From assembly GCF_009914755.1 (NCBI RefSeq), contig NC_060932.1: a DNA stretch of 64,000 nucleotides; one strand, given 5' to 3'. This stretch comes from the human T2T-CHM13v2.0 reference genome, Homo sapiens. Below, piece after piece: positions 18,736 to 34,717 of this stretch; the first letter of the stretch is position 1, and each line of letters opens with the position of its first letter. Position numbers and translations under genes: made by a program. The notes under the pieces were generated by a model that did not search any database, was not told the origin of the DNA, and was given only the letters and a program-made list of their open reading frames with translations.

Positions 18736-20499
18736 TAAAGATATAATATATAATAATAATAATAATGATAATAAAGCTATCTTTCCAGGTTCCAGCAGCC
18801 TCATAACTTAGCTGAGTCAGGTACTAGGTCTTATGCAGTCTATGCAGGTACTGGGTCTTATACTTGGAGCACAATTTTAGGAAGTCATAATGTAAAAAAG
18901 ATCAGAAAAAAATTAAAGCTACTTTTTCAGAAAGAACTAAATGTTAATTGTCAAGGGTTTTCTTTTTCTTCCTTTTTGAAAGTGAGGCTATGGAGTTACT
19001 TATAAAATCATAATGGATTAACATTTCCAATTTCATATGCAGAATTTATTATAGTTTTTGACTTGAAGATTTGACATAACCCTCGCAAGAGCAGATTTTT
19101 TCCTTTTATGGAGATATGCCGTAAAGTCATACCCATAAAGACATTAGAGTCCAAACTAAAATCCTCATTTTGATAAGAATAAATATAAAAACTGTTTTAT
19201 CGATATCTTTGGGACTGTATTCATAGTTCACAGCAAGAGAAAAAAGATGGTAGAACCTCTCTTTATGTGTACTTTCTTTTACCTTCAGTAAAGCTTTAAA
19301 CATACTTCCAGAAAGTTTTATAAGGTATTTAATGCTGATGAGAATTTTTTAAACCTTATGTTTAGTTTACCAAATTATTGTTCGTCCAAAAGAAGTCTTT
19401 TGTTTTTCTTCAATTTTGCAGCCAACTATACTATCTTAATATAAGTTTGCAGTAATCCCTTATGGGAAATTCTAGGTGAGAGTGACTTCACTTCTAGTAA
19501 ATACAATATTTGTTTTGACAACTTCTAAACATTTGTATTTGATACCCTACTTATTTGATCATCTAAGCTCTTCCTTTCAGTGAAAAACATTTCTCAATTG
19601 TGTATTAAAGTTTTTTGTATACTAAGCAAAACCAGGCCTCAGCATACCCAGAAACATTTTTGCAAGGATCTGGGGTTTTCATCAGTGCTTTTTGTTTAAG
19701 AAATCTGACCGTGATGGAATCCCAGTGGACTAGTGTATTATTTAACTAGAATGTACCCAAACCATACATGATAGCAAAAATTTTCCATCAAAGCCCCATT
19801 TCAGTGACAGAGCCTTGTCAAATGATTCAGAAGTGCAAGTTCTACTATTTATTTCTCAGGTGGCACAAAAATACCTTGATTAGTAAGTCCTTGTAATTAG
19901 CAAGAGATTTGCCCAAAGATCTTCTATGACCTGGTTTTGTGACTAACATCATAGCATACAATTTCCTTAAATTCCTTACCTGTTAAATGTAAGTAATAAC
20001 ACTTTTCACAGTTATTAATATGATGAGGATTTCATTAGGTCACTTTTTGACACAGAACTGAGATTTCTGGGCACCAGCAAGACATAGACTTCAGCAGTGT
20101 GATGGGCATCTGTGTGCCAGCCCTATAGCACCTCCTTCTTCATCTTGTTCTTCAACGAAATTTAAATGGTTTACCTGCTTACAGATTGTAACATTCAGAA
20201 TGTTAAATCTTTGAATGCAAAGATTATCTTACATTTCCCTTTTGCAAATATCCTACAGCTTGTAATGAATAATTTGTTATATTATTCATAATAATTCTTA
20301 CCTCCTAACTGATGTGAGGTTTTTGGTTACTCTGACATTACCGTATTTCTGTCAATATTCAATAGCAGTGATTTATATGGTAAATTATATGGCTCTCTTG
20401 ATATAGTAAACCTTCAATAATCGTGGATTCAAAAAAGTATTGATTCCTCCTCCTCCACTACAAACAGCAACAACAAAAATAAAATTTAAAAAATCTTAA

Positions 20500-21590
20500 T
20501 TTATTTTCTGTCAGTAGCTCAAATCTCTATCTAATTATAGTCTTGGATTCTCTCTTTCCTCATCTAACTTCAATCTTCATTAGCCCTGCAGTTTTATTTC
20601 CAAATGTGTTTTGAATCACTCTGCTTCTTTCCATTTTCACTAGAGAATAGGACATAGAAATGCATCTTATGCCCACTCTTCCCCTGGATAAATGCAACAG
20701 ACTCTCAGTTGGTCCCTTTGCTTCCATCAATGTCTCCAAGTGTATTGCTCATACACACATGAAAGGAACCATTACCATAATTGACATGGTATTTTTTTTA
20801 TAATGACACTTTTCCTAAGGTAGAAATAAGGTGTCTTATTCTAGTAAAATCTGTATAGTATAGTTTTCTGACAGATGGAGGTAAAGTGCCTCTTGAAATG
20901 GACACCGTTTTCTAATTTACAGTAAAGCATTTATGAGTTAGTGGTATCTGTTTCCTCTCTTGTCCGCCCTACAACCCATGCTCCACACAGCAACCCAGAG
21001 TATTCTTTTTAAAACTGATATAGGGTTGTGTTAATCTTCTGCTTAAAATCTTTCTTTGAATTCTAATTACACCCTGAAAAAATTTCTAATTCCCTTTGCT
21101 TCTCAGACCTTACAAAACCTGACCCTGGCCCATTTGTACAAGCTCATCCCCAAACTGTCTTCTACTGGTTTATCATATTCCAGCCAGACTGGCTGCTTTT
21201 TGTTTCCTACAACATAAACCCTCTTCAGGCTTTATACACTTGCTTCCTCTGACTAGAAAATTATTTTCTTTTATCTTCATCTGGCTGGCTCTCTTTCATT
21301 CTTTTCATCTCAGTTCAAACATTACTGCTTCAGAGAGGGTATGAAGTCTTAACTTATTTAAAGCAGGAGTCCTTTTTCTTCCTAGTTAGTTTACCTTATC
21401 ACCTTACTTATTTACTTCATAGAATTTGTTTGAAGCCACAAACATTTTGTTTATTTAGTTATCATCATCTAATCTTTGGCAATTTTGTTGCCAAAATAAT
21501 AATCCATATAACTAGGGGTGTCTCTGTGGTTATTTCTAATGTCAAAAATGGTGCTTGGCACATTGTAGGGTAGGCACTTACTACATTTTA
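20500..21590 (+). mobile_element. L2 LINE 3' fragments
   Basis: ctccacacagcaacccagagtattctttttaaaac and the L2 3' end tggtgcttggcacattgtagggtaggcactta. Confidence 0.6.
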
Positions 21591-21626
21591 AAATATATAT
21601 TCTCATTCCATTTGACTTTTTGTGAC

Positions 21627-22074
21627 TGCTATGAACTAAACTGTGTCCACACAAAATCCATATATGGAACCTCTAATGCTCAATGTGACTATATTTGGAG
21701 TTGGACTTTTAGGAGGTAATTAAGATTAAATGAGGTCATAAGAGTGAGGTCCTAACTCAATAGAGTTGGTGGTCTTAAACAAAGAGAAAGATCTCTCTCT
21801 CTCTTTCTCCCTGTTTCTCTCTCTCTCTCTCTCCGTTTCTCTCTCTTTCTTTCTTCCTTCCTCTCTCTCTCTTTCTCTGCACCCTCAAAGAAAAGCATGT
21901 GAGGACAAAGCAGACATCTGCAAGCCAAGAGGAGAGCCCACACCAGAAACAGAACTCTGCTAGAACCTTCATCCTGGAATTTTCAGCCTCCATAACTATC
22001 AGAAAACAAATTTGAGTTGCTTAAGCCACACAGTCCACGGTAGTTTATTACACCAGCCTGAACAGACTAAGACA
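21627..22074 (+). mobile_element. MLT1A-type MaLR solo LTR with internal (CT)n expansion
   Basis: tgctatgaactaaactgtgtcc...cagactaagaca; perfect 5-bp TSD gtgac at 21622-21626 and 22075-22079. Confidence 0.9.
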
Positions 22075-22998
22075 GTGACCAACTCTAAGTGAAGGTTTAT
22101 ACATCATGTGTATATAAAAACATATAGTTATTGCCTAATTATCTTTTTTCCATTCTATTACAAGTGTCTAATTAGGCCCTAACAATACATAAAATAGCAA
22201 AGTATGGTTTATGATTATTTTTTATAAATATTACATTTTTGAGAACTATAGCAATAACATAGGAAAATGATATAAAAGAAATAGAGTAAACTTGACTGTA
22301 AGAAGTAGGAAAATTTAAATAACTCTTCGTTCTCCATTCTCTACTTGTTGAAATGCTTTACATTCTAAGGATCCAACTTAAGTGCCTCCTTCTCCCTCTA
22401 TCTTTCCAAGCATAGTTAATTACTCCCTTTATACTTTCAAAGCCCATTGCACATACTTTTATGTGATATTGCTTCAGTTCTGCTTTGTTGTTAATGCTAT
22501 TTGTTAAATCTGGGTCTCTCCCACTAAGTTAGAAAATACTCTGCAGCGAGGGCTATATGCCTTGGTTTCTGTTGCTCACGGTATCTAATACACGACTTGT
22601 ACAAAAGTGGTGATCAGTGAAATTTTGTTGAGTAAATAAACAAAGGAATAAATAACTAAAGAGGTGGAAATAGAAAAGAAACACTGATACAAAAGTTAAG
22701 GCAATTCTGCCAATTTTTGTAGGTGATATTCCTGAAAAATATCATAATTTGCACACCTCTGATTGGCAAATTTGAGATCTCAGATAATAAGTGTATGTGT
22801 ATATATGTATGTTTGTGGTGTCTGTATATAGGTATATATGTAGAAATATTGGTGTACACACATAATACATGCACATACACATACATATATCATGTGTGTA
22901 TGTATATATACATATACAAAATCAGAGTAAATTTAATTTTTAAAAGATACAGCTTTCAAAACATGAAATTTTTATTTTTATTAAAATTTATTTTGCTA

Positions 22999-23471
22999 TG
23001 TAACCATGCAGGACAGTTTTCCAGTTGGCTGGGATGACCTAGTTCTCCCCATTTTTTTACTTATAGTTCCCCAAAGTAACTGTAAAATGTGCTGAGATAA
23101 AGAGGAACTGGCTAGAACATCCTAGGCTCTGTTCCAGTCCCTCCTAGAATCAGAATGTCCTTCAATGCTTTAACCCAATGAGTCACATGACCTAGGATAT
23201 AAAACCCAGGATGGGCTGGTTTCCAAGGTCCCTCATCTGCAGCGCAAGTGGGGCACAAACAGTTGAGAGACTATATCCACCCTGGGAAGCTTTCTGTGTC
23301 TTAGTGGACTGGCTTATCCTGAATCCTGGCTTCTAGTGTCCCTTGTTGCCCATTTGTAAGTAATAAATCTCTTTCATATAGCTTGTGTGTGGGGGGAGTG
23401 GGATGCTCATGCTTATACCACTCAGATAACAAGTGCACTTGGTAACAAGTACACAGTAAACCTGATTCACA
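22999..23471 (+). mobile_element. ERV solo LTR (LTR47-like)
   Basis: TG...CA termini, TATA-like gatataaaa about 23197, aataaa about 23362, end ggtaacaagtacacagtaaacctgattcaca. Confidence 0.65.
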
Positions 23472-23669
23472 AACTATTTTCCTGAAGGCTTCCTTTATGT
23501 CAATTGTTTAGTAAGCCATTCATCTGATTAGCTAGATCATCCCACAAGTTTCTATTTTACAGACTGAATCTTGTCTTAAAATATTTTGAGCCAGTGCTTA
23601 GTGGTTGCATTTGCATTCCTCTTTATATTATTTTCTGAGACTTAGCAGAATATCCATATATTTAATCAC

Positions 23670-24426
<757 letters not shown>

Positions 24427-24538
24427 CAGGGAATTGTACAACAGTAGCAGACAGAGCTTGTGACCATGATTTTCTTGACATGGTAGTCTATCAAAAAATA
24501 AGGAGAATACCTATTTTGCAGGATATATAGAAGAGTAA

Positions 24539-24935
24539 TGCATTAAGCAATTTTTTCATTGCTGTAAAGAAATACCTAAAAATGAATAATTTATTAAGAA
24601 AGAATTTTAACTGGCTCACAGTTCTTCAGACAGCACAAGAAGCCCGATGCTGGCATCTGCTTCTGGTGAGGGCCTCAGGAAGATTACAGTGGTGGCAGAA
24701 GGCAAAGGGGGAGCTGGTGTATCACATGGTGAGAGCAGGAACAAGAGAGGGGAGAAGGTGCCACACTTTTAAACAGCCAGATCTCACTACAACTCATTTA
24801 CTATTACAAAGACAGAACCAAGCTATTCATGAGTGATCTCGCCCGTGATCCAAACACCTCCCACCAGGCCTCACCTCCAACACTGGGGACTACATTTCAA
24901 TTTGAGATTTGAAGACAAATATCCAAACCACATCA
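24539..24935 (-). mobile_element. MSTB-type MaLR solo LTR
   Basis: tggcatctgcttctggtgagggcctcaggaag; ends atccaaaccacatca; TSD agtaa/ggtaa. Confidence 0.9.
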
Positions 24936-25003
24936 GGTAAGTTAAATAAACATTTTTGTCATATTCTCTATAAGAGTCTGAACCAAAGGTATATAGAACA
25001 TCA

Positions 25004-25321
<318 letters not shown>

Positions 25322-25387
25322 TCAAAAATTTAGAAATTTAATATGCAAAGTCAAATTACATTAAAGTAAAATAAATATTGGTTAGAA

Positions 25388-25472
25388 TGTCTTAGTCCAT
25401 TTGTGCTGCTATAACAAAATATCTGCTACTGGATAATTTACAAAGAACAGACATTTATTTTCTCACAATTCT
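25388..25472 (-). mobile_element. Truncated MaLR (MST/MLT1A) LTR stub
   Basis: tgtcttagtccatttgtgctgctataacaaaatat...atttattttctcacaattct, then an abrupt switch to L1. Confidence 0.75.
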
Positions 25473-25479
25473 TTCATAT

Positions 25480-25860
25480 CCAGGAGCTAAAAACCAGTTG
25501 AACTCATGGAGACAGAGAGTAGAATGATGGTTACCAGAGGCTAGGAAGGGTAGTGGGAAGGGGATGATAAGGAAAGATTGGTTAATTAGTATAAAAACAC
25601 AGTTAGATAGAAGGAACAGGATCTAGTGTTTGGTAGCACAATAGGGCAATTATAGTTAACAATGATTTATTGTATATGTCAAAAAACTACAAGAATGGAA
25701 TTGGAATGTTTCTAACACAAAGAAATGATAAATACTTGAGGTGATGGATATCCTATTTACCTTCATTTGATTATTACACATTATATGCTTGTATTAAAAT
25801 ACCACATATACCCCCAAAATATGTAGAACTATTAAATATCCATTAAAACTAAAAACAAAG
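25480..25860 (+). mobile_element. L1MA 3' UTR fragment
   Basis: gaactcatggagacagagagtagaatgatggttaccagaggct...cacaaagaaatgataaatacttgaggtgatggata. Confidence 0.9.
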
Positions 25861-26550
25861 AAAGGTGGAGTAGCTATGTTAATGTCCGCATAAAGTAAAT
25901 CTGACAACAAAGAAAATTACTGAGGAGAAAGAGGGTCATTACATATTTACCACAGCTTAATTCACTAAGAATAAATAAAAATCCTAAATGTGTACACACC
26001 TAGTAAGAAAGCTTCAAAATACATAAAACAAAAATCTAATAAAAACTGAAAAGAGAAATAGACACATATACCCAAAGACTTCAATACTCCTCTTGCAATC
26101 ACTGATAGAACAAGTGGATGAAAAATAAGCAGAAATACTGAAAATATAAAAATCCTATTAACTAAATTGACCTAATTAAAATTTATAGAATACACCCAAT
26201 GATGGCCGAATATACATTCAAGTATACCTAGAACATTCACAAACATAGACAATATTCTTAGCCACAAAACAAGACATTACAAATGTAAAAGGAAATATAT
26301 TCTTAGACCATAACAGAGTTAAATTAGAATCAGCAAATAGAAAAATAACTGGAAAATTTTCATATATTTGGCAATTAAACAACATACATTTAAATAATTC
26401 AAGGGAAAGAAAGGAAGACACAAAGGGAACTAGAAAATATTTTGAACTTAATGGAAATAAAAATAACATATGAAATTTTTGTGAAGCCAAAGCAGTTCTT
26501 GCGGGAAATTTACAGCATTAAAATGCTTATATTGGGGAAAAAGGGGAAAG
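25861..26550 (+). mobile_element. Old L1 ORF2 endonuclease-region fragment
   Basis: atcctaaatgtgtacacacc; agacttcaatactcctct; ttcttagaccataacagagttaaattagaa. Confidence 0.8.
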
Positions 26551-26570
26551 CTTTCTGTGGTGGTTTAAAA

Positions 26571-28203
<1,633 letters not shown>

Positions 28204-28204
28204 T

Positions 28205-29084
28205 AATGGTATTTCTAGTTCTAGATCCCTGAGGAATCGCCACACTGACTTCCACAATGGTTGAACTAGTTTACAGTCCCACCAACAATGTAAAAGTGTC
28301 CCTATTTCTCCACATCCTCTCCAGCACCTGTTGTTTCCTGGCTTTTTAATGATTGCCATTCTAACTGGTGTGAGATGGTATCTCATTGTGGTTTTGATTT
28401 GCATTTCTCTGATGGCCAGTGATGATGAGCATTTTTTCATGTGTCTTTTTGCTGCATAAATGTCTTCTTTTCAGAAGTGTCTGTTCATATCCTTCACCCA
28501 CTTTTTGATGGGGTTGTTTGTTTTTTTCTTGTAAATTTGTTGGAGTTCATTGTAGATTCTGGGTATTACTAGGTATATACCCGAAGGATTATAAATCATG
28601 CTGCTGTAAAGACACATGCACACGTATGTTTAATGCAGCACTATTCACAATAGCAAAGACTTGGAACCAACCCAAATGTCCAACAATGATAGACTGGATT
28701 AAGAAAATGTGGCACATATATACCATGGAATACTATGCAGCCATAAAAAATGATGAGTTCATGTCCTTTGTAGGGACATGGATGAAGCTGGAAACCATCA
28801 TTCTCAGAAAACTATGGCAAGGTCAAAAAACCAAACACCACATGTTCTCACTCATAGGTGGGAATTGAACAATGAGAACACATGGACACAGGAAGAGGAA
28901 CATCACACACTGGGGCCTGTTTTGGGGTGGGGGGAGGGGGGAGGGATAGCATTTGGAGATATACTTAATGTTAAATGAGGAGTTACTGGGTTCAGCACAC
29001 CAACATGGCACATGTATACATGTGTAACTAACCTGCACATTGTGCACATGTACCCTAAAACTTAAAGTATAATTAAAAAAAAAA
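28205..29084 (+). mobile_element. 5'-inverted (twin-primed) L1PA3/4: inverted part 28205-28568, sense part 28565-29084
   Basis: Minus-strand ORF2 C-terminal sequence ([25 protein letters not shown]) joined via atta to a plus-strand 3' end with poly(A). Confidence 0.95.
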
Positions 29085-29620
29085 CTGACAATACCAAGCA
29101 CCAGTGAGGATATATAGTAACTGTAACTCTCATACATTGCTGGGGGGAATGCAAAGTGGAACAACAATCCCATACCTAGGGACATAGATAATATAAATAA
29201 ATTTTAGTTTATAGACAAATCTGTGTATAATTTTTTAAAGCAGCTTTATTCAGAGTAGCCCAAAACTAAATGGTACTCACTATATTCTTTAACAAATGCA
29301 CACATAAACAAAGTGTGGCACATCCATTCAATACAGGGAAAAAAACAATTGAAGAAAAATGACAAAATATGGATGGATATTAGATGCATTGTACTAAGTG
29401 AAAGAAGCCAGATTGCAAAGGCTACATGGTATATTATTTCATTTAGATGACATTCTGGAAAGGCAAAACTACAAGTAGAGAAAACAGATAAGAGGTTGCT
29501 AGAGGTTGTGAGGCAGGAAGGGGGATTGTCTATGTAGGTGTACCATAGGGGAACTCTTGGATAGTGAAACTATTCTGTACAAAACCGTGGTGGTAAACAT
29601 CTGACAGTATAATTTTTTTC
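29085..29620 (+). mobile_element. Old L1 (L1MC/MD-like) 3' region
   Basis: aactctcatacattgctgg; gaaagaagccagattgcaaaggctacatgg; attctggaaaggcaaaacta. Confidence 0.8.
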
Positions 29621-29721
29621 AAAATCCATAATCTATTTTAAAATCTGTTTTTTTCTCTTTAACACAATTATTTTTTGCAGAAACATTTACCGTTGGAGAG
29701 TGAGTAACCTCTTTAGCAAAT

Positions 29722-29723
<2 letters not shown>

Positions 29724-29752
<29 letters not shown>
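29724..29752. repeat. (CA)n microsatellite
   Basis: Direct reading. Confidence 0.95.
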
Positions 29753-29766
29753 GATATAGATACATA

Positions 29767-30422
29767 CAATCTTCATTATTCATAGATTCCATATTGATGA
29801 ATTTGCCTACTAGTTAAAATTTACTTATAACCTCAAAATCAAGACTTACAGCACCTTTATATTCATTCTTAGGCACATGCATGTGCAGGGTGGTGAAAAA
29901 CTAGAATCTCTTCAGCTGGGACATTCATGTTCCCAGCTGAAGTCAAACAAGAAAACATTTTGCCTTCTTCTTTCAGCTCTCATACTATAAATGAATATCC
30001 TTTTGATGGATAAACTTAGTGCCATGTTTTTCAGATTTGTGTGTTTTTTTTAATTGGTGATTTTGCTGTTTCAAATGACTCCAGAGCATAGTACTGTAGT
30101 TCTGTCTAGTATTCCCAAGTGTAAGAAGGCTATGATGTGCCTTCTGAAGAAAATATGTGTGCGTTAGATAGGCATTGTCAAGGCATGAGTTATAGCGCTG
30201 TTGGCCAGAAGTTCAATGCTAATGAATCAACATATATTAAATAAGATGTCTTTATTCAGAAACATACATAAAATAAGGTTATGTATGAATCAGTGGACAA
30301 AGATATTATGACCAGAAACTCAGAAGATTTCCCTTAGGAGGAGTGGTTCAGTATTCAAATGTTCAAATTCAGTGTTCAAATGACTTTATAGAACATAACC
30401 ACCATTACTGATGAGAATCAAG
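29767..30422 (+). mobile_element. MER82 (Tigger-derived), near full length
   Basis: atttgcctactagttaaaattta...cccagctgaagtcaaacaag...gttcaatgctaatgaatcaaca...gactttatagaacataac; TA at both ends. Confidence 0.88.
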
Positions 30423-31155
30423 TATATTAGATAGATAGATAGATAATGATCCATTGATAGATAATTTATAAACATGATTATATATTTGAAACAGTATCCT
30501 ATTTTAATTCTAAATCTTTTTAAAGTATACAATCATTTTTTAAACTCTGACTTGACTTAATGTTTTTATAACTTTTGCTGAAATCATTTTTGCAGTCACA
30601 GCTCTTTTGGAACTTATTCCCAGTTCAAAGATATTACATAAGTTTGGCATCGCACGTTCATCTTTGTGGTATTCCTCAATTTTCAAGTTGTTCAGTGATA
30701 AAGGACCCTTGAACGGTACAGCTTAACTCCCTGTTAGCGGTAATATGACTGCAATGAACATTGTTTTTCAACTTACATTTTATTAGAACCCTGAATTGAA
30801 TGTCCTCCTTTCTCAGCTAACAGAATAAATTATATGAAAAAAGGACACATATTTATTTCCTTCTATCTAGTTCTTACTTTTAACTTGCAATCCAAACAAA
30901 TAATGCCATCTAATTTTTCTATCCATATGTTAAGATCATGGCCACCGTAATTTGTTTTATAATCATAAAATAACTGTGGCTCTTTCTAAAAATAGAGATA
31001 TTTTCCTTACAAATCAAAGCTCTAGAATTTAACTGTGTTCTAGAGGTGTTACTTGAAATACACTCACAATTCTCTTAAAAGCAGATGTTGCCCCTAGCAA
31101 CAGTAAACACAGGCTTCTTTAGTTAAAGGGTCAAACACGTATGATGGAAACATAA

Positions 31156-31488
<333 letters not shown>

Positions 31489-32792
31489 TAATGAGGTTTT
31501 TAAAAACACATTTAATTCTTCCTGAAAAAAATATCAGTTACAATAAAATGGAGACAATGTTTGAGGAGGTGGGAAAGATGAGACAGGAGACAGCCAAATT
31601 GAGATGTCACATTTATACTTTTCATTTGCTTTTTCTTTCTTTCATCTATTGAATATTATGTTTTTGATCCTTTGCAGGTCTACAACCCATCCAGTCCAGT
31701 GATTCTAACTTCACCTTTTATGGGAATATTTGTTAGGACTGAACCTAAGCCAAAATACATAGTTTGTCTTCTTTACCCCTCCTTGATATCCCTTGATATT
31801 TACAGTATCTCCTGCACCAGAATATCTTCTCTTGCCTGCAAAAGAGAGACTTAAAGCTTTTTCAAGCTTGAAGGGGAAAAGGCTGCATGTGCCTTTATTT
31901 TCTCTTTGTGTTAATAATAGTACCTTTCCATACTTTAAATAATAGGCATTTATTATGTTTTTAAATTCAATTGTAATTTCTCTAAAGCCTACTGATTGGG
32001 AACATTGAGCCTCCTGGAAATACTGAAAAGAACTGAGAAAGAAATCTCAGAAGAGAGATGAGGGATTTCTTTCGACATAGCACTGGAGTGTCATATAGTT
32101 CTTGCTTATAAATTGGAAAAGATTTACGAAATTCCATGGAGATAGAATTGTTTCTGGCTAAGGACCTTATATAAGGGATTTGCACATTTTCTACTTTTTT
32201 ATTGCAAGTAATGGAATACATACCCCGTGAAGAATGAACATATGGGATAGAAACACTTTTATATGCATGTCTGGGTGGCACTGGAACTCTTTCAGAATAT
32301 GAATATGAACTGGTGGAAAATGTCAAATATTAAATCCATTGTAAGAATGGATCTCTTGGCTATTTAACATGCACTGGGGGAAAAGACAGAGAAGATCTGG
32401 CTTAGGCCTTAGACTGTAGTAAAAAGTGATCCTGACCAGTTTTAGATCTCCTGTTAGGAAATGTTAGGGCATATAATTTCAAAGGCCTTTATAAGCTAAT
32501 TCACTCTTTAGAGGTCCTCTCTCAGTTACATTATCATATGCAGATACTGAAAGAATGTACATAAGAGTTTTAAGGGATAAAAGTAAACCAAGAAGCTCTC
32601 TCCACTCTGAATAATGATATATGAATACAATTATTTCAACTGATATTTATTGAGGGTCTATGGATAGAGGCACTGCAATAAACACCAGTGGTAAGCCATG
32701 AAGATTCAATATTCACTTTCCCCACCAGAGAGCTTGCTGTTTTTCTAGGGCAAGATACATTAAAAATACATAAATGATACATGGAAACATGT

Positions 32793-33201
32793 TGTATTAG
32801 TCTATTCTCACATTGCTATAAAGAAGTACCTGAGACTGGTTAATTTATGAGGAAAAGAGGATTAATTGTCTCATGATTCTGCAGGCTGTATAGGAAGCAT
32901 CTGCTTAGCTTCTTGGGAGGCCTCAAGAAACTTACTGTCATGGCGGAAGATGAAGAGGAAGGCAGCACCTCATATTGCCAGAATAGGAGGAAGACAGAGA
33001 GAGGGAGGAGGTGTCACACACTTTTAAATGACCAAATCTCATGAGAACTCACTTACTATCACAACCAAGGGGGACGGTGCTAAACCATTCATGAGAAACC
33101 ACCCACATGATCCAATCACTTCCCACCAGGCCCCAGCTCCAACATTGGAGATTACAATTAAACATGAGATTTGGGTCGGGACACAGATACAGACCATGTC
33201 A
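32793..33201 (-). mobile_element. MSTA MaLR solo LTR
   Basis: tgtattagtctattctcacattgctataaag...gggacacagatacagaccatgtca; TSD catgt/catgg. Confidence 0.92.
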
Positions 33202-33355
33202 CATGGATACACAGATTATGGCAAAACTTATGATATGTTATTAAATGGCTTTATATATTTATATATAAAGCCATATATTTATATATAAAGCCATTTAATA
33301 ACATATCATAAGTTTTGCCATAATCTACATATCCATGTGACATGGTCTGGATATG
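33184..33355. repeat. Long inverted repeat (~70-bp arms)
   Basis: 33190-33258 pairs with 33281-33349 at 66/69 positions. Confidence 0.97.
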
Positions 33356-33359
33356 CATT

Positions 33360-33413
33360 TATATATATATGTGTGTGTGTGTATATATATATGTGTATAT
33401 ATATGTATGTGTG

Positions 33414-33444
<31 letters not shown>

Positions 33445-33452
33445 ATATATGC
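33360..33452. repeat. Compound (TA)n/(TG)n microsatellite
   Basis: Direct reading. Confidence 0.95.
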
Positions 33453-34658
33453 ATACATACACCATATATATTATAGCTCCAATTAAATCTCAGAATTGCA
33501 ATAACTGGCCTATTTAATTTCACCAAGATGCTTTGTTCTTATCATCAACACACTGAAGTATTGCAATAATAACTCTCAGTGTTCATGTCATCAGAACATG
33601 CTTTATTTCAGAATTTGCTGTAATGTTATTCTGTTTTCCCTCCCAAATCAGTGTCTACAGTATTATGCCAAAATGCCATGTAAATTAAATTCAGTCGCAG
33701 GAGGCAACATTTCTTATAAAAGCAGTATTGACCAGGGTCTAAAGATTTGACTTGTAGGCTTATTTATTCTTTGCATCATGTTGACAAATCACCTAATTTT
33801 CTTTGGTCTCAGTCTCCTTATCTATGCAGCACAAAAATAATATTTGCCCTGCCAATTAAAAATAAAACTGAACCGACAAAAACATGCCTATTATTCAGTA
33901 ACACGGCAAAGGAAAAAATATCCTTAACTTTTACACAAACATGTAAAAAATCCTTTTATACATTTTATTAGTATGAAAGATTTCTTTCTGTGTTTTAAAT
34001 AAAATAATGTAAATAAATCTGACTGGAGAAAGATGTCTCAAAATTACACGTTAAGTATGCCCAAATAAACTCTATTACCACCTTTAAAATTGACAAGAAA
34101 AGATCATATGTAACAGAAATGCCTTTTAAATCACTGTGCTCAATTTGTCTTTATCAGAGATATTTTAATTAGTACCATGAGCCATTATGATTAATCCTAT
34201 GCCTACCCCATCTCAACGTTCTTCTTAAAAAAAAATAGAAATTCAAATCTATCTTTCAAGGAAATACGGTTTTATTTTTATGCCAAATTTCAGAGCTTAT
34301 TAATAATATACCAAGTAAATGCTAAGCCACAAAGCATTTTCACAGAAAGCATCAACTCAGATGCAAAGGAAATAACAAGCCACCTGAAAAGCCACAACTT
34401 TTAATAGCACATTTTTAAAAATGAAAAAGCACTCAATTCTCTGCTCAATAATCCTATTAGAGCCACCACTTTGAAAATTTATACCAAAATAATCAGTTTA
34501 AAGTAGCTGACTTTTCTCAAAAATCATTACCAATATGAAACCTTATTTCTTCAGTTTTTATCTAGTATTATATCAAAGGCCAATCCTAAAACCTCACAGT
34601 AGATCACTGACAGACTGTTAATCAAAAGTCAGGTAGTCACTACAGCAATTGTGAGCAG

Positions 34659-34717
34659 TTACAATAAAATGCAATTTCTGATTCTCTTTCTCATCTTCTT
34701 TGCAAGGAACATTGTTA
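34659..34717 (-). CDS. Candidate terminal coding exon encoding a polybasic-CaaX tail (xTMFLAKKMRKRIRNCILL*)
   Basis: Acceptor tgtttactatttttctgcag| on the minus strand; phase-1 frame ends CILL-stop; non-repetitive context; no upstream exon identified. Confidence 0.3.

Noticed and set aside
31660-31760. Plus-strand acceptor tttttgatcctttgcag at about 31677
   Set aside because: No matching donor or recognisable peptide; likely a pseudo-site
31982-32326. 114-aa minus-strand ORF in unique-looking DNA
   Set aside because: No recognisable domain, non-ATG start, no convincing splice sites
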